A DNA stretch of 64,000 nt, from NCBI GenBank assembly GCA_963645435.1, contig CAVISO010000001.1, positions 3,987 to 67,986 of the forward strand, given 5' to 3'. The notes under the pieces were generated by a model that searched no databases, was not told where the DNA came from, and saw only the letters and a program-made list of their open reading frames with translations. Shown one piece after another: positions 52,731-63,238 of this stretch (positions within the stretch are counted from its first letter, which is position 1; each line of letters begins with the position of its first letter). This DNA is from Sphaerochaetaceae bacterium. GTDB taxonomy: Bacteria; Spirochaetota; Spirochaetia; Sphaerochaetales; Sphaerochaetaceae. Both the position numbers and the translations under genes were made by a program.

Positions 52731-55559
52731 ATGAAAGATAAGTTAATAATTAAAGGTGCTTGTGAGCACAATCTCAAAAATGTAAATCTAGAACTGGATA
52801 AGAATAAACTCATAGTGATATCGGGATTATCGGGTAGTGGGAAGAGTTCGCTGGCCTTTGATACTATCTTTGCGGAGGGGCAGAGGCGGTATGTGGAGTC
52901 GCTTAGTTCGTACGCAAGGCAATTTCTGGGGCGATTGGATAAGCCGGAGGTGGAGTTGATTGAAGGGCTCAGTCCGGCCATTGCTATTGAGCAGAAGACT
53001 ACTGGGCGCAATCCGCGTTCTACGGTGGGCACTATCACGGAAATTTATGATTACTATAGGCTTTTGTGGGCGCGAATTGGAAAAGTGCATTGTCCGCAGT
53101 GTGGGCGTGAGATTAGCCGTATGAGCGTGGACCAGATTATTAGCGCTATCTTTGCCAAGTGGGGTGAGGGCGCAAGGCTTATGATTCTGGCTCCTGTGGC
53201 GTTGGGGCGTAAAGGCGAGTACAAGAAGGTTTTTGAGGATGCCAGGAAGGCGGGCTTTCAGCGAGTGCGCGTGGATGGGCAAATGCATTTGCTGGAAGAA
53301 AATATCGTTTTAGATAAACAGGTGAAGCACAACATTAGTATTGTGGTGGACCGCCTTATTCTGAGCCAAGAGGCGCGCTTAAGGCTTTCTGATTCCATTG
53401 AAAAGGCTACGGAGATGACAAGTGGACTTGTGGAGGTGATGAACGCCGCAAAAGACGCCTCAGACGATGAGAGCCTTGAAATGTACTCAGAGCAGAACAG
53501 CTGTCCTCATTGTGGGATCTCCATTGGTGAGATTCAGCCTAGGTCTTTTTCTTTTAATAACCCGTTTGGGGCCTGTCCAGAATGTAACGGACTTGGCTTT
53601 AAGACTATTTATGATGTAGATAAGATAATTCCTGATAAGACAAAGAGTTTCTCCCAGGGTGCCATTGCGTGTATTGGTAGCGGTCAGACCTACAATAGAG
53701 CCAAGTTTGATGCTTTTGCAAAGACTATGGGTTTTAATTCCAATACTCCTTTTAAGGATTTGACTGAGGAGCAGTTTAATGCCGTGCTGTATGGTTCTTC
53801 CAAGTACTACAACGTACGATATGAGAATAAAAACGGTTCCATGGACATGAATCAGAGATGGCATGGGGTTGTAAATGATCTAAAACGCAGGTATGCAGAA
53901 ACCTTTAGTCCTGCAATTAAGGTATGGATAAGTTCTTTTCAAACGGAGATTATTTGTCCGCAGTGTCATGGTGAGCGCTTAAAGCCAGAGGCGCTTAGCG
54001 TTTACGTTGGTGGCCGCAATATAAATCAGGTGACGGCCTTAAGTGCCAAGGACAGCTATGATTTCTTCCTTTCTCTAAACCTTACTGATACAGAGCAACA
54101 GATTGCAGCACAAATACTTAAGGAGATTAAAGCTAGGCTACAATTTCTCAAGAACGTTGGGCTTGAATATTTAACTTTGAACCGTAGTGCCGGCACCTTA
54201 AGTGGAGGTGAGGCACAGCGAATTAGGCTTGCTACCCAAATTGGTTCTGCCCTCAGTGGCGTCCTCTATGTCCTTGATGAACCTTCAATTGGTTTACACC
54301 AACGAGACAATCAGAAACTCATTGATACGCTTAAGAATCTAAGAGACCTAGGCAACACGGTACTGGTTGTTGAACATGATGAAGCTACCATAAGAGAGGC
54401 GGACTACGTGGTGGATATGGGTCCAGGGGCTGGAGCCCAGGGAGGTTATGTCATAGCCCAGGGAACTCCTAAACAAATTGAAGAGAATCCTAATAGTATT
54501 ACTGGGCAATTTCTTTCTGGAAAAATAACTATTCCTGTACCTTTTTTGCGCAGACCGGGTAATGGCAAGCATCTAAAGGTACTTGGAGCCACAAAGAATA
54601 ACCTTCATAACGTGGATTTTGATTTTCCGCTTGGAAAACTCATTGTTCTAACTGGGGTTTCTGGTTCTGGAAAGAGTACTTTGTTAAATCAAATTCTTAC
54701 ACCCGCCCTTAAGAATATCTTTAACCGTAAGCCAGAGCAGTTTGATGGTTATAAAAAGCTGGAAGGGGTGGAAAACCTGGATAAACTAATTCAGATTGAC
54801 CAGAGCCCAATTGGTAAGACTCCACGTTCAAATCCTGCCACCTATGTTGAGGTATGGGGAGCAATTAGAGATCTTTTTGCTCAACTTCCTGAAAGTAAGG
54901 CTCGTGGTTATAAGAGCGGCAGATTCTCCTTTAACGTTCCGGGCGGCAGGTGTGAGCATTGTAGTGGTGATGGTACGCTGAAAATTGAGATGAACTTCCT
55001 TCCAGATGTCTATGTTACCTGCGATGTCTGCCGCGGTAAGCGCTTTAATCAGGAAACCCTTGCGGTTACCTACAAGGGCAAGAATATCAACGACGTTCTT
55101 GAAATGACCGTAAGTGAAGCCTTGGACTTTTTCCAGTCTGTGCCTGCAATTAAGAGAAAACTACAGACGCTAGACAGCGTAGGTCTCGGCTACATCAAAC
55201 TTGGTCAAAGCGCCCTCACTTTGAGCGGAGGCGAGGCCCAGCGAGTCAAACTTTCTTTAGAACTTAGCAAAATTGGAACCGGCAAGACCTTCTACATCCT
55301 TGATGAGCCCACCACGGGACTTCACTTTGCAGATATCAAAAAACTCATGGAGGTGGTCAACCGGCTTGTGGATAACGGCAACACTGTGGTGATGATTGAA
55401 CATAACCTAGACGTCATCAAGCTAGCCGATTACATCATTGACTTGGGACCAGAAGGCGGCGACGGTGGTGGAAATATTGTTGCACAGGGCACGCCTGAAG
55501 AGGTTGCACTTTGCAAAGCCTCCTATACGGGTTATTATTTGAAGCAGATTTTGAATTGA
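52731..55559 (+). CDS. uvrA: Excinuclease ABC subunit A
   Basis: Has two ABC modules ([23 protein letters not shown]), the LSGGEAQR signature twice, and zinc modules (CPQC, CPHC...CPEC, CEHC...CDVC). Confidence 0.95.
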   Translation: MKDKLIIKGACEHNLKNVNLELDKNKLIVISGLSGSGKSSLAFDTIFAEGQRRYVESLSSYARQFLGRLDKPEVELIEGLSPAIAIEQKTTGRNPRSTVGTITEIYDYYRLLWARIGKVHCPQCGREISRMSVDQIISAIFAKWGEGARLMILAPVALGRKGEYKKVFEDARKAGFQRVRVDGQMHLLEENIVLDKQVKHNISIVVDRLILSQEARLRLSDSIEKATEMTSGLVEVMNAAKDASDDESLEMYSEQNSCPHCGISIGEIQPRSFSFNNPFGACPECNGLGFKTIYDVDKIIPDKTKSFSQGAIACIGSGQTYNRAKFDAFAKTMGFNSNTPFKDLTEEQFNAVLYGSSKYYNVRYENKNGSMDMNQRWHGVVNDLKRRYAETFSPAIKVWISSFQTEIICPQCHGERLKPEALSVYVGGRNINQVTALSAKDSYDFFLSLNLTDTEQQIAAQILKEIKARLQFLKNVGLEYLTLNRSAGTLSGGEAQRIRLATQIGSALSGVLYVLDEPSIGLHQRDNQKLIDTLKNLRDLGNTVLVVEHDEATIREADYVVDMGPGAGAQGGYVIAQGTPKQIEENPNSITGQFLSGKITIPVPFLRRPGNGKHLKVLGATKNNLHNVDFDFPLGKLIVLTGVSGSGKSTLLNQILTPALKNIFNRKPEQFDGYKKLEGVENLDKLIQIDQSPIGKTPRSNPATYVEVWGAIRDLFAQLPESKARGYKSGRFSFNVPGGRCEHCSGDGTLKIEMNFLPDVYVTCDVCRGKRFNQETLAVTYKGKNINDVLEMTVSEALDFFQSVPAIKRKLQTLDSVGLGYIKLGQSALTLSGGEAQRVKLSLELSKIGTGKTFYILDEPTTGLHFADIKKLMEVVNRLVDNGNTVVMIEHNLDVIKLADYIIDLGPEGGDGGGNIVAQGTPEEVALCKASYTGYYLKQILN

Positions 55560-55560
55560 C

Positions 55561-58500
55561 ATGGTTTTGAAAAAGGTCACTTGGCTTGTACTAATTTTAC
55601 TTTTCCTCACTTTTTTCCCTGCCTTTGCTTCAGAGCCCGATACTTCTACCGCTTTTGAAGCTGAAACAGTGCAAGTAGAGGCTTCTACCACCCACATCAA
55701 TATTGAAAATGCCGATACTCTTTACACTCAAGATGACCTTGTTGTCCTGGAAGGGAACGTGAAAATTTCCTTTCAGCAGGAGAACTCTTCCAAGAAAATC
55801 CTTAAGGCAAATAAGGTGGTGGTAGAACTTGATAAAAAAAAGCTGGAAGCCTCAGGTAATGTCACCCTGGAAGACTCCCAGGAGGGCGCTAGATCCTTTA
55901 GTGGACAGAGTGTTCTCTTTGACTGGTCAGACTTGGATGTTGTGGTTTTCAGCGGTATAAGTTTTACTGAAAGAAAGAATGCAACTGGTTCTACGGTAAG
56001 TCTTTATGCTTCAGGAGAAACAGTGTCTTATGATGGAAATGAGAATATTATCTTCTTTAATAACGGTAATATTTCCACCTCCCTTGTGGACCCCTATTGG
56101 AGCATAAGCGCCTCCAAGATTTCTTTTGCAGGTTCTGATGTTTTTGTTGATAATGCAGTTATTAAATTAGGAAGAGTTCCCATCTTTTATTTTCCTGTTT
56201 TCTTTTATCCCGGGACAACCCTTTCCTTTAATCCGGCCATTGGAATTACCAGTGACAGGGGCGCCTTTATAAACACCACAACGGAAGTGTATGGAGTCTA
56301 TACGGGCATTGGGGCTTCCTCCTCATCATCTTCTACTTCAACTTCCTCTGATTCTAATTCTGGAACAATTTCTGCTTCAGATTATTCGGCTTCCTTATTG
56401 TCCATGTTAGACAGTGGCGATTCTTCTGAGAAAATAAGAGACGGAGTAACCTATAGAAGGGTTGAGGAAGGAGAGGACTTAGGTGCTCTTGAGACCTGGG
56501 CCCGTAAGACTGACAGTTATTTTGCAGTTTTTGCTGATGCCTACCAAGACCTGGGCCTTGCTCTAGGCTATGCCACAAACAATAATCTCTTGGATGGAAA
56601 ACTCAAAATTTCTTCCACCGGTATTTTGGCTTACAATGCCTCAGAATTAACAGATTATGCAAAAAAATTCAGGTATTATGTAGATTTAGGCCTTCAATTT
56701 AAGTTTGCTAAAGGTTCTGTTGCCTTAAGTCTGCCTTTGCTTAGTGATTATTCAGTTAAAAAAGACTTCTTAAATAGAAATACAGTTTTTGGTTTGGATT
56801 CACTTTTTGGTGCAGCGCAAACCTTTCCAACTACCTACAGCACCGTTTCTAGTTACACCTGGTCTTTGAAAGGTAATTGGAGTACTAATGTTGGCAATAT
56901 TTCGCTGAATTTAAGTTCTTTAGAAGCTCAAATTGACTTTAATTTACAGTCAAAGATGCAAGATGGTAAGTATCTTTATACCTCAGAGGTGAAAAGTGCC
57001 TCTTTGCCGGTTTTCAAATTCAGTTCCAATGGTTCCTGGACACACACCTTTGTAAAAACTGAAAGAAGTACAGAAAGTAGTGAAGAAGAGAAAACAGAGG
57101 AGCCCGTTGAAGAAGCTGCTGGAGAAGCTGCTGGAAAAGTTGCTGAGGAAAGTTCTGAAGTGGAAATAACACTTACTCCTTATGCTTCTCCAACAATTCA
57201 AACCACTCAAAAGAAAACCAGTACTAACGGCTCAATTACATTTGGGTATACTTTCAATGAAGCCCTGGAAAATAAACTAGGAAAAGAACTTAAACCTTCT
57301 AGTTTCTATACTAATACCAGTGGTACTCTTTACCTAAATGGCAATAGTCCGGATTCTTGGTTTAGCTTCTCTGAGACCGTAAAACCACAGTATTCCTTTA
57401 GCGCTGAGAACTTAACTTCAACGCAGAATACAAAGATTAACACCCTTTCTTTTAACTCTGCCTTAGAAGTAAAAGTGCCGTTCTTAGGGTTGACTTATAA
57501 ACTCTCTAATAAGATTTATTCGCTTAATACAAAAGAAGTTGGAACAGATTTTACCAAGACCGCTGGCTGGGGAAAATGGGAAAAAGCAGATGTTAGCGAG
57601 CATAGTCTTGAATTCAGTAAAAGTCTTTGGGCTTTCACCTTTGGGCTTAGAGGTACCTTTAAACCTGTTACAGAAAGCATAAAACCAAGTGTGACTTTTA
57701 GTCTTCAGGGTTTTACTTCTGGCATAGATGTGACTTTTGCTGAGAAAAATCAACTGCTTCAGGCGGACAATGGAAATCTTTCACTTGGCTATTCCAATAA
57801 TAATTTTTCCTTCTCTTTGAAAAACACTTATTCCTTTATAAATAAAGTAGAGGATGATTTATGGAAGGGCTATTCGCTTACTGAAAATCTTTCAGCCAAG
57901 TTCTTTTCTGGGAAAATTACGCTAACACAAAGTGCAAGCTTTAAGGAAAAATTTGTTCCTTATGCTTTGAGTGTTGCAGCCTCCCATACTGCGGACTTTA
58001 GTTGGCTTAAGTCTAATGGCTCCGTTTCCATGTCCTTTAAGCGAGAGCAAGAGGAACTTAAAGCTGAGGTGCTTAGGGTGTCTTTAAACAATAACCTTAG
58101 TCCAGTTTACTTCTGGTACAACAGGATTGGGCTTGAGTGTTCTGTTAATTTCTCCTTTGTTTATAACTTTATAAATCCTTATAATACAATGTTTTCCGTT
58201 GACTTTAAGTTAAGTTTTGCCATAGCGGAATTTTTGTCCTTCAACATTAGTGTGAATAGTGGCAATAAGAGTTTCTACCGCTACTATGAAGAGGATAGTT
58301 TCCGTTTAAATCTTATGTTACAGGACCTGATAAAATCGTTTGATTTCTTTGGCAATGGTAGAAAAAATACAGGTTTTAATCTTAATTCTTACACAATTGA
58401 GTTGGTTCATTATATGCGCGACTGGCAGGCTTGTCTGAGTGCAGAAGGAAAACTTTCAGCTAGAAGTGATGGTAAAATGGTCTGGTCTCCTGTCTATAAG

Positions 58501-58575
58501 TTCTATGTAAAATGGACGGCTATACCTGAGCTTAAGGTAGAAAAGACCTATGATACCAGTAAGGAGAATAATTGA
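55561..58575 (+). CDS. Large outer-membrane protein with OstA-like N-terminal domain (LptD-like)
   Basis: Has a signal peptide and an OstA-type N-terminus (ADTLYTQDDLVVLEGNVKISF...ANKVVVELDKKKLEASGNVTLED). About 800 aa of beta-rich sequence follow, interrupted by Ser-rich and acidic inserts. lptF/lptG paralogues are present in the same window. Confidence 0.5.
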   Translation: MVLKKVTWLVLILLFLTFFPAFASEPDTSTAFEAETVQVEASTTHINIENADTLYTQDDLVVLEGNVKISFQQENSSKKILKANKVVVELDKKKLEASGNVTLEDSQEGARSFSGQSVLFDWSDLDVVVFSGISFTERKNATGSTVSLYASGETVSYDGNENIIFFNNGNISTSLVDPYWSISASKISFAGSDVFVDNAVIKLGRVPIFYFPVFFYPGTTLSFNPAIGITSDRGAFINTTTEVYGVYTGIGASSSSSSTSTSSDSNSGTISASDYSASLLSMLDSGDSSEKIRDGVTYRRVEEGEDLGALETWARKTDSYFAVFADAYQDLGLALGYATNNNLLDGKLKISSTGILAYNASELTDYAKKFRYYVDLGLQFKFAKGSVALSLPLLSDYSVKKDFLNRNTVFGLDSLFGAAQTFPTTYSTVSSYTWSLKGNWSTNVGNISLNLSSLEAQIDFNLQSKMQDGKYLYTSEVKSASLPVFKFSSNGSWTHTFVKTERSTESSEEEKTEEPVEEAAGEAAGKVAEESSEVEITLTPYASPTIQTTQKKTSTNGSITFGYTFNEALENKLGKELKPSSFYTNTSGTLYLNGNSPDSWFSFSETVKPQYSFSAENLTSTQNTKINTLSFNSALEVKVPFLGLTYKLSNKIYSLNTKEVGTDFTKTAGWGKWEKADVSEHSLEFSKSLWAFTFGLRGTFKPVTESIKPSVTFSLQGFTSGIDVTFAEKNQLLQADNGNLSLGYSNNNFSFSLKNTYSFINKVEDDLWKGYSLTENLSAKFFSGKITLTQSASFKEKFVPYALSVAASHTADFSWLKSNGSVSMSFKREQEELKAEVLRVSLNNNLSPVYFWYNRIGLECSVNFSFVYNFINPYNTMFSVDFKLSFAIAEFLSFNISVNSGNKSFYRYYEEDSFRLNLMLQDLIKSFDFFGNGRKNTGFNLNSYTIELVHYMRDWQACLSAEGKLSARSDGKMVWSPVYKFYVKWTAIPELKVEKTYDTSKENN

Positions 58576-59531
58576 TGACCTCTTGTTATGTCTTTGACGA
58601 TACAAACGCAATGAGGACAGTTTGTGGTCCTAATGATAAGAATATTTCTTATTTAGAAAAGCTTTTACACTCTGTCCTATTTCTTAGAGGAAATAGGCTG
58701 GAATGCCATGCAGACTCCGCTGAAGATCTTGATATTTTCAATGGTTTGGTTTCAAGACTTGTTACGTTGTCTTCTATTACAGATGATATCACTGAGCCGG
58801 AGATTCTTATGGAATACAAGGCTTTGGAGGTGGCTTCTGAAAAGGAGCAGCCCCAAGAGGCTAAGGCACAGAAAAGAGCCTATATTCAAGTTCTGAATAA
58901 GACGGTTTATCCTAAGAGCGTGAACCAGGAAATGTATATCAAGGCTATGGAAAGTAGCCAAATTACCTTTGCAATAGGTCCTGCTGGGACGGGCAAAACT
59001 TTTTTGGCGGTTGCTTATTGTTTGGGGCAGTTGTTATCGGGCCGTAAGCAGAAGATAATTCTGACACGTCCGGTGGTAGAGGCGGGGGAGAGTTTGGGCT
59101 TTCTTCCTGGAGATCTGTCGCAAAAGCTAAATCCTTATCTTAAACCACTTTATGATAGCATGGAGGCGCTGGTGCCCCCTGCCACGGTGAAGCGGCTGGA
59201 AGAAAGTGGTGCTATTGAGATTGCACCACTGGCGTATATGCGTGGGCGCAGTATTCATAATGCCTGTATAATTTTGGACGAGGCGCAGAATACTACGCGG
59301 GCGCAGATGAAGATGTTTCTCACTAGGATTGGCGAGAATTCCTGTGCTATAATTACAGGAGATACTACGCAAATTGACCTGCCAAATGCCTCTTTAAGTG
59401 GTTTGGTGCATGCAAGAAGCGTGTTGAGAGAGGTTGAAGGAATACAGTTTTTGATGTTTAATGCTAAAGATACGGTCAGATCCCGCATTGTCCAAAGGAT
59501 AATTGATGCCTATGAAAAAGAACACGATTGA
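58572..59531 (+). CDS. phoH: PhoH family ATPase
   Basis: Has Walker A GPAGTGKTFLAV, LTRPVVEAGESLGFLPGDL, and DEAQN. Confidence 0.9.
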   Translation: MMTSCYVFDDTNAMRTVCGPNDKNISYLEKLLHSVLFLRGNRLECHADSAEDLDIFNGLVSRLVTLSSITDDITEPEILMEYKALEVASEKEQPQEAKAQKRAYIQVLNKTVYPKSVNQEMYIKAMESSQITFAIGPAGTGKTFLAVAYCLGQLLSGRKQKIILTRPVVEAGESLGFLPGDLSQKLNPYLKPLYDSMEALVPPATVKRLEESGAIEIAPLAYMRGRSIHNACIILDEAQNTTRAQMKMFLTRIGENSCAIITGDTTQIDLPNASLSGLVHARSVLREVEGIQFLMFNAKDTVRSRIVQRIIDAYEKEHD

Positions 59532-61707
59532 AGAAAGTAGTGATTATATTAAAACCCGAGTTATTTGCTTGGTGATAATGATCCTTTTTGCAGTTGCCCT
59601 GCCAATTCTTGTTAAACTCACAACAAGTTTAGGTTATGCATCAATTTATGGTAACTATCAGGTGGGGGAGATTGCGGACAAGAATATTTATGCTACAAGT
59701 TCCATTGACCTTATAGATACAGATTCAACTGAAGCGCAAAAGAGTTTTGCTAGTGGTGAAGTTCCACCTATTTTTTCTTTCTCACCAACTAAGAGTATTA
59801 AAATGGTGGACAAGGTGGACCGGGTAAGATCTGCTATAGCGGACGGCGATTTGAATACCGCCGCCAGTTTGGTGGGAACCTATCTAGCAACTAGCTTACA
59901 GATGGGCGCTGATAGCACTGTTTATTCCGTTGCTTATGACCTGGTAAAGGAGATAAGTGACCGTGGTTTATTTGATGCTTCAGAAATTGCAGTGGTTCTC
60001 TCAAGTGGTTATCCGTATATTATTCTAAGCAATCAGCTTAGAAATGATGGTAGCCTGGGCTATGAGGAATACCTGAGCCTTGAAAGTGAAGCTAGTGAAG
60101 AAATTTTGACTACTGATAGTATAAAGAATTATGTTACAGATCAGCTTTCTGAAATTTCTGAGACTCTTAGCTCCAAGCAGGTACTTTTAATTGAGGACTT
60201 GGTTTATGCCATCCTGGAGCCTAACGTTTCCTATGATGAAACCTTGACCTCCAGAAGAAGAAATGAGGCTGAGGATGCTGTAGCCCCTATTATTGTTTCT
60301 ATTACTAGAGGTGATGTTTTAATAGAAGAGAATAGGGTAGTCACAGAAGAGCAAATGAAGGTGCTTAACCTGCTTGCTCAGCAAAGTGGAAGTGTTTCTT
60401 TTATTGAAATTGTAGGCTGGGTGCTTTTTGACACCGTTGGACTAGTTTCTGCTTTTTACATCTTTGGTCTATTAGTGGGTAAGAGAAATCTTCACTACAG
60501 AGATTATCATCTCTTGTTTACAATTGGCTTTGTTATTTCCATTGCAACCACCTACTTCTTGATGGTTGCTTCTAAAAAGCTTTCCATTGAATTTACAGAT
60601 TCCTATCTGCCAATCTTCTTCTTGCCCTTGTTTGTTACTATGTGTACCGGCCACAAGCGACTAGGCTTTATTGCGGTCTTTGTGCTGGGGCTAGTGGCTT
60701 CCACCCTGCCAACCTCAACAGTAATGACCTTCTTCTACTGCCTGATTTGTGGTTGTACCTGTGTACTGTTAATTAGATTTTTCAACAAGAGAATTGATAT
60801 GGTGTACCAATGGTTCTTCTCCTGTATAATCTGCTCTGCAGTATGCATATTATTTGTTTTAATAGAAGGACTTCCAGTATCCAGCCTCTTTGTAACCCTT
60901 GTGGGCGTTCTCTTCAATGTCTCAATTGCCTACATCCTCATTGGCGTTTTCATGCCAATAGTGGAAAAGGTCTTCAATCTCCCAACTATTTTTAGACTCT
61001 ACGAGTTAGCCTATGGTAGCAGCCCGCTTTTGGACAGACTCTCCCAGGCAGCCCCTGGCACCTACAGTCATAGCCGCGCCGTAGCAGACCTAGCAGACGC
61101 CGGAGCCAGAGCAATTGGGGCCAATGCCTTACTTGCCCGTGTTGGTGGTTTATACCACGATATTGGCAAAATTGAACATCCTGAATATTTTGTTGAGAAC
61201 CAGAGCGGGGTCAACAAGCACGATGACATTAGCCCAAGTCTTTCTGTTGCAGTAATTAAGAGCCACGTTAAGGTTGGTGCAGACAAGGCTCGTGAGGCCG
61301 GTCTTCCACTGGAGGTTGTCAAGATTGTCTCTGACCATCACGGCAATGACGTCATTCAATTCTTCTTCCATGAAGCGCTTGAGGCTAAGGCAGCCTCTCA
61401 GGACAACAAAGGGGAGGAGGTCAAGGCCTCTGATTACTCGTACAACGCAGACATCCCTGATTTCCCTGAATGTGCTATTGTTATGTTAGCCGATAGCATT
61501 GAGGCAGCCTCCCGCACGGTAACTCCTAACGCTGGAAAATTTTCCAAGCTCATTGACTCCATTTTTATTGGTAAGATTGGACGTGGTCAGTTGGACAAGA
61601 GCGGACTTACCATGAATGATATTAAAACTTTGGCTGACGCCTTTGTTAAGACACTGGTGGCTCGTTATCACTCAAGAATTGAGTATCCTGATGACGATGA
61701 AGATTGA
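59503..61707 (+). CDS. 7TM-receptor-type HD/HDc phosphohydrolase (PgpH/YqfF-like)
   Basis: Has an extracellular N-terminal domain, seven hydrophobic segments and a C-terminal HD domain (HSRAVADLA...LYHDIGK...HHG). It sits in the classic phoH-pgpH-ybeY order. Confidence 0.85.
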   Translation: MMPMKKNTIEESSDYIKTRVICLVIMILFAVALPILVKLTTSLGYASIYGNYQVGEIADKNIYATSSIDLIDTDSTEAQKSFASGEVPPIFSFSPTKSIKMVDKVDRVRSAIADGDLNTAASLVGTYLATSLQMGADSTVYSVAYDLVKEISDRGLFDASEIAVVLSSGYPYIILSNQLRNDGSLGYEEYLSLESEASEEILTTDSIKNYVTDQLSEISETLSSKQVLLIEDLVYAILEPNVSYDETLTSRRRNEAEDAVAPIIVSITRGDVLIEENRVVTEEQMKVLNLLAQQSGSVSFIEIVGWVLFDTVGLVSAFYIFGLLVGKRNLHYRDYHLLFTIGFVISIATTYFLMVASKKLSIEFTDSYLPIFFLPLFVTMCTGHKRLGFIAVFVLGLVASTLPTSTVMTFFYCLICGCTCVLLIRFFNKRIDMVYQWFFSCIICSAVCILFVLIEGLPVSSLFVTLVGVLFNVSIAYILIGVFMPIVEKVFNLPTIFRLYELAYGSSPLLDRLSQAAPGTYSHSRAVADLADAGARAIGANALLARVGGLYHDIGKIEHPEYFVENQSGVNKHDDISPSLSVAVIKSHVKVGADKAREAGLPLEVVKIVSDHHGNDVIQFFFHEALEAKAASQDNKGEEVKASDYSYNADIPDFPECAIVMLADSIEAASRTVTPNAGKFSKLIDSIFIGKIGRGQLDKSGLTMNDIKTLADAFVKTLVARYHSRIEYPDDDED

Positions 61708-61714
61708 GGTTAAT

Positions 61715-62185
61715 ATGGCAAATACAATTGATGTTTACTACGATAATGATTCCTATCAAGTTCTTGCTCCAGAAGAATTTGTTCTAGGTTATTTGGATAA
61801 GGTTTTGAGTTCAGTTGGTCTTTCTAATGTAGAGTTTTCAGTTACTTTTGCTACAGAAGAGCACATGCACGAGCTTAACAAAGAATACAGAGATATTGAT
61901 GATAGTACTGACATTCTCAGCTTTGCTGCTGAAGATGAAGACCCAGAGGAGACTCCTTTCTTTGTTGCTCCTGATGAAGCCAGAGTCCTTGGCGACATGG
62001 TTATTTGTCCTGAAGTAATGGCTAATAATGCTAAAACCTTTGGAGTTGACCAGCAGGAGGAATTGAGAAGATTACTCATTCATGGAGTTTTACATCTTTC
62101 TGGTGAAAATCACAGCACCAACGATCCTTCAGAGCCAATGCTTATTCATCAGGAAGAGCTTCTTAAAGCTTGTTCTGAGAACTAA
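61715..62185 (+). CDS. ybeY: rRNA maturation endoribonuclease YbeY
   Basis: Has the zinc motif HGVLHLSGENH and the TDILSF motif. The ATG at 61715 follows a TGAGG RBS. The longer track ORF from 61616 overlaps the upstream gene. Confidence 0.9.
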   Translation: MANTIDVYYDNDSYQVLAPEEFVLGYLDKVLSSVGLSNVEFSVTFATEEHMHELNKEYRDIDDSTDILSFAAEDEDPEETPFFVAPDEARVLGDMVICPEVMANNAKTFGVDQQEELRRLLIHGVLHLSGENHSTNDPSEPMLIHQEELLKACSEN

Positions 62186-63209
62186 GTCCGTCTTTTATTG
62201 AGGCAATTGCATCTTCAAGTACGGTTGAGTCCTTGTAGTATTTGGGGGCGCAAGAGCCAAGGTATACCAAATATTTTTGGGTCTCATTGCCAAATACGGC
62301 TATTGTTGAGCTTAAAGTCTCGTCTATTGAACTGTAGGAATTGTAAAGTAAACTCTCGTCTAAAGAGTTCTCTAGTTTTTGTGAATTTTGGTGATTTTGT
62401 AAGGTTTTTATTACCTTAGCCTCGCTTAGGAAGGTGCCTTCGTAATAAAAATCGCCAATTAAATAGGATTTATTGTTGGCAGTTGTGCTTGTATTCAGGT
62501 CTACAAAGGGGTAGTAGGTGGCAGCAAGTACTTCCTTGTTGGTTACATCCACAATCTGAGCAACTACATAGTCAGGGCTTTGCAGTTCATAGACGTTTTG
62601 TACTGCTAAATCCAGCAGGTACTGTACGTCTAAATCCAGGGTTAAAACTAAATCCTCTCCGTAGGTAGTGTTGGTGTCAAATTGTGCAATTGGGAAAAGC
62701 GTGCTTTCATAAGTTTTCTCTATGCAACTAATTAGTTGTGAAGCATGGAATTGGGCAGGGTAGGTTCTTTTGTAGCTTTTTTTTAGAATAACACAGTTTT
62801 CAAGGGCATTATTTGCTATGTCCTGCTTGATATTTTCAACTGCGGTTTCAGACAGGTTTTCTTGTAAAAGCACAAGGGTATCGGTATTGGAGGTGATGTA
62901 TCTTGTGATGTAATCCGGGCTAAGATTGAGTTGAAGGCTGAGAAGTTGCGAGACCAGGTCTAAATCTGTGCAAGTGGGGTCCACATAGAGGTCATATTGG
63001 GGGACGTCCATTGCAAGTATGCGTTGGTTTTTGTCGTAGATGGTGCCGCCAATTACTGTGTCGGCGACTTTGGGGTTGTTGTAGGTGCCTACTTTGCTAT
63101 CAGAAAGTAACATGAGGCGTGCTAGGAGAATGACTATAATTACCAAACAAATCCAGCAGAAGGTGAAAAGCAGACCGGAAATGTTTCCTTTATTCGTTGA
63201 AGAACCCAT
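62163..63209 (-). CDS. Membrane-anchored class-B PBP-like protein truncated after the start of the transpeptidase module
   Basis: Has an N-terminal TM segment and dimerisation-domain motifs (GGTIYDKNQRILAMDVPQYDLYVDP, YKRTYPAQFHASQLI). The start of the transpeptidase module is present (GEDLVLTLDLDVQ, VVAQIVDVTNKEVLAATYYPFVDLN). The protein ends about 65 aa after a possible SxxK (SEAK), with no SxN or KTG motif. Confidence 0.45.
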   Translation of the reverse strand: MGSSTNKGNISGLLFTFCWICLVIIVILLARLMLLSDSKVGTYNNPKVADTVIGGTIYDKNQRILAMDVPQYDLYVDPTCTDLDLVSQLLSLQLNLSPDYITRYITSNTDTLVLLQENLSETAVENIKQDIANNALENCVILKKSYKRTYPAQFHASQLISCIEKTYESTLFPIAQFDTNTTYGEDLVLTLDLDVQYLLDLAVQNVYELQSPDYVVAQIVDVTNKEVLAATYYPFVDLNTSTTANNKSYLIGDFYYEGTFLSEAKVIKTLQNHQNSQKLENSLDESLLYNSYSSIDETLSSTIAVFGNETQKYLVYLGSCAPKYYKDSTVLEDAIASIKDGLSSQNKL

Positions 63210-63238
63210 GGTTTTGATATTATAATTAGATTGATTGA

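Noticed and set aside
52232-53038. A 268-aa ORF antisense to the ispG/uvrA junction. The antisense ORFs at 33522-34247, 4223-4903 and 37460-38104 are of the same kind.
   Set aside because: All overlap highly conserved genes on the other strand, lack RBS and start context, and have no family-like motifs.
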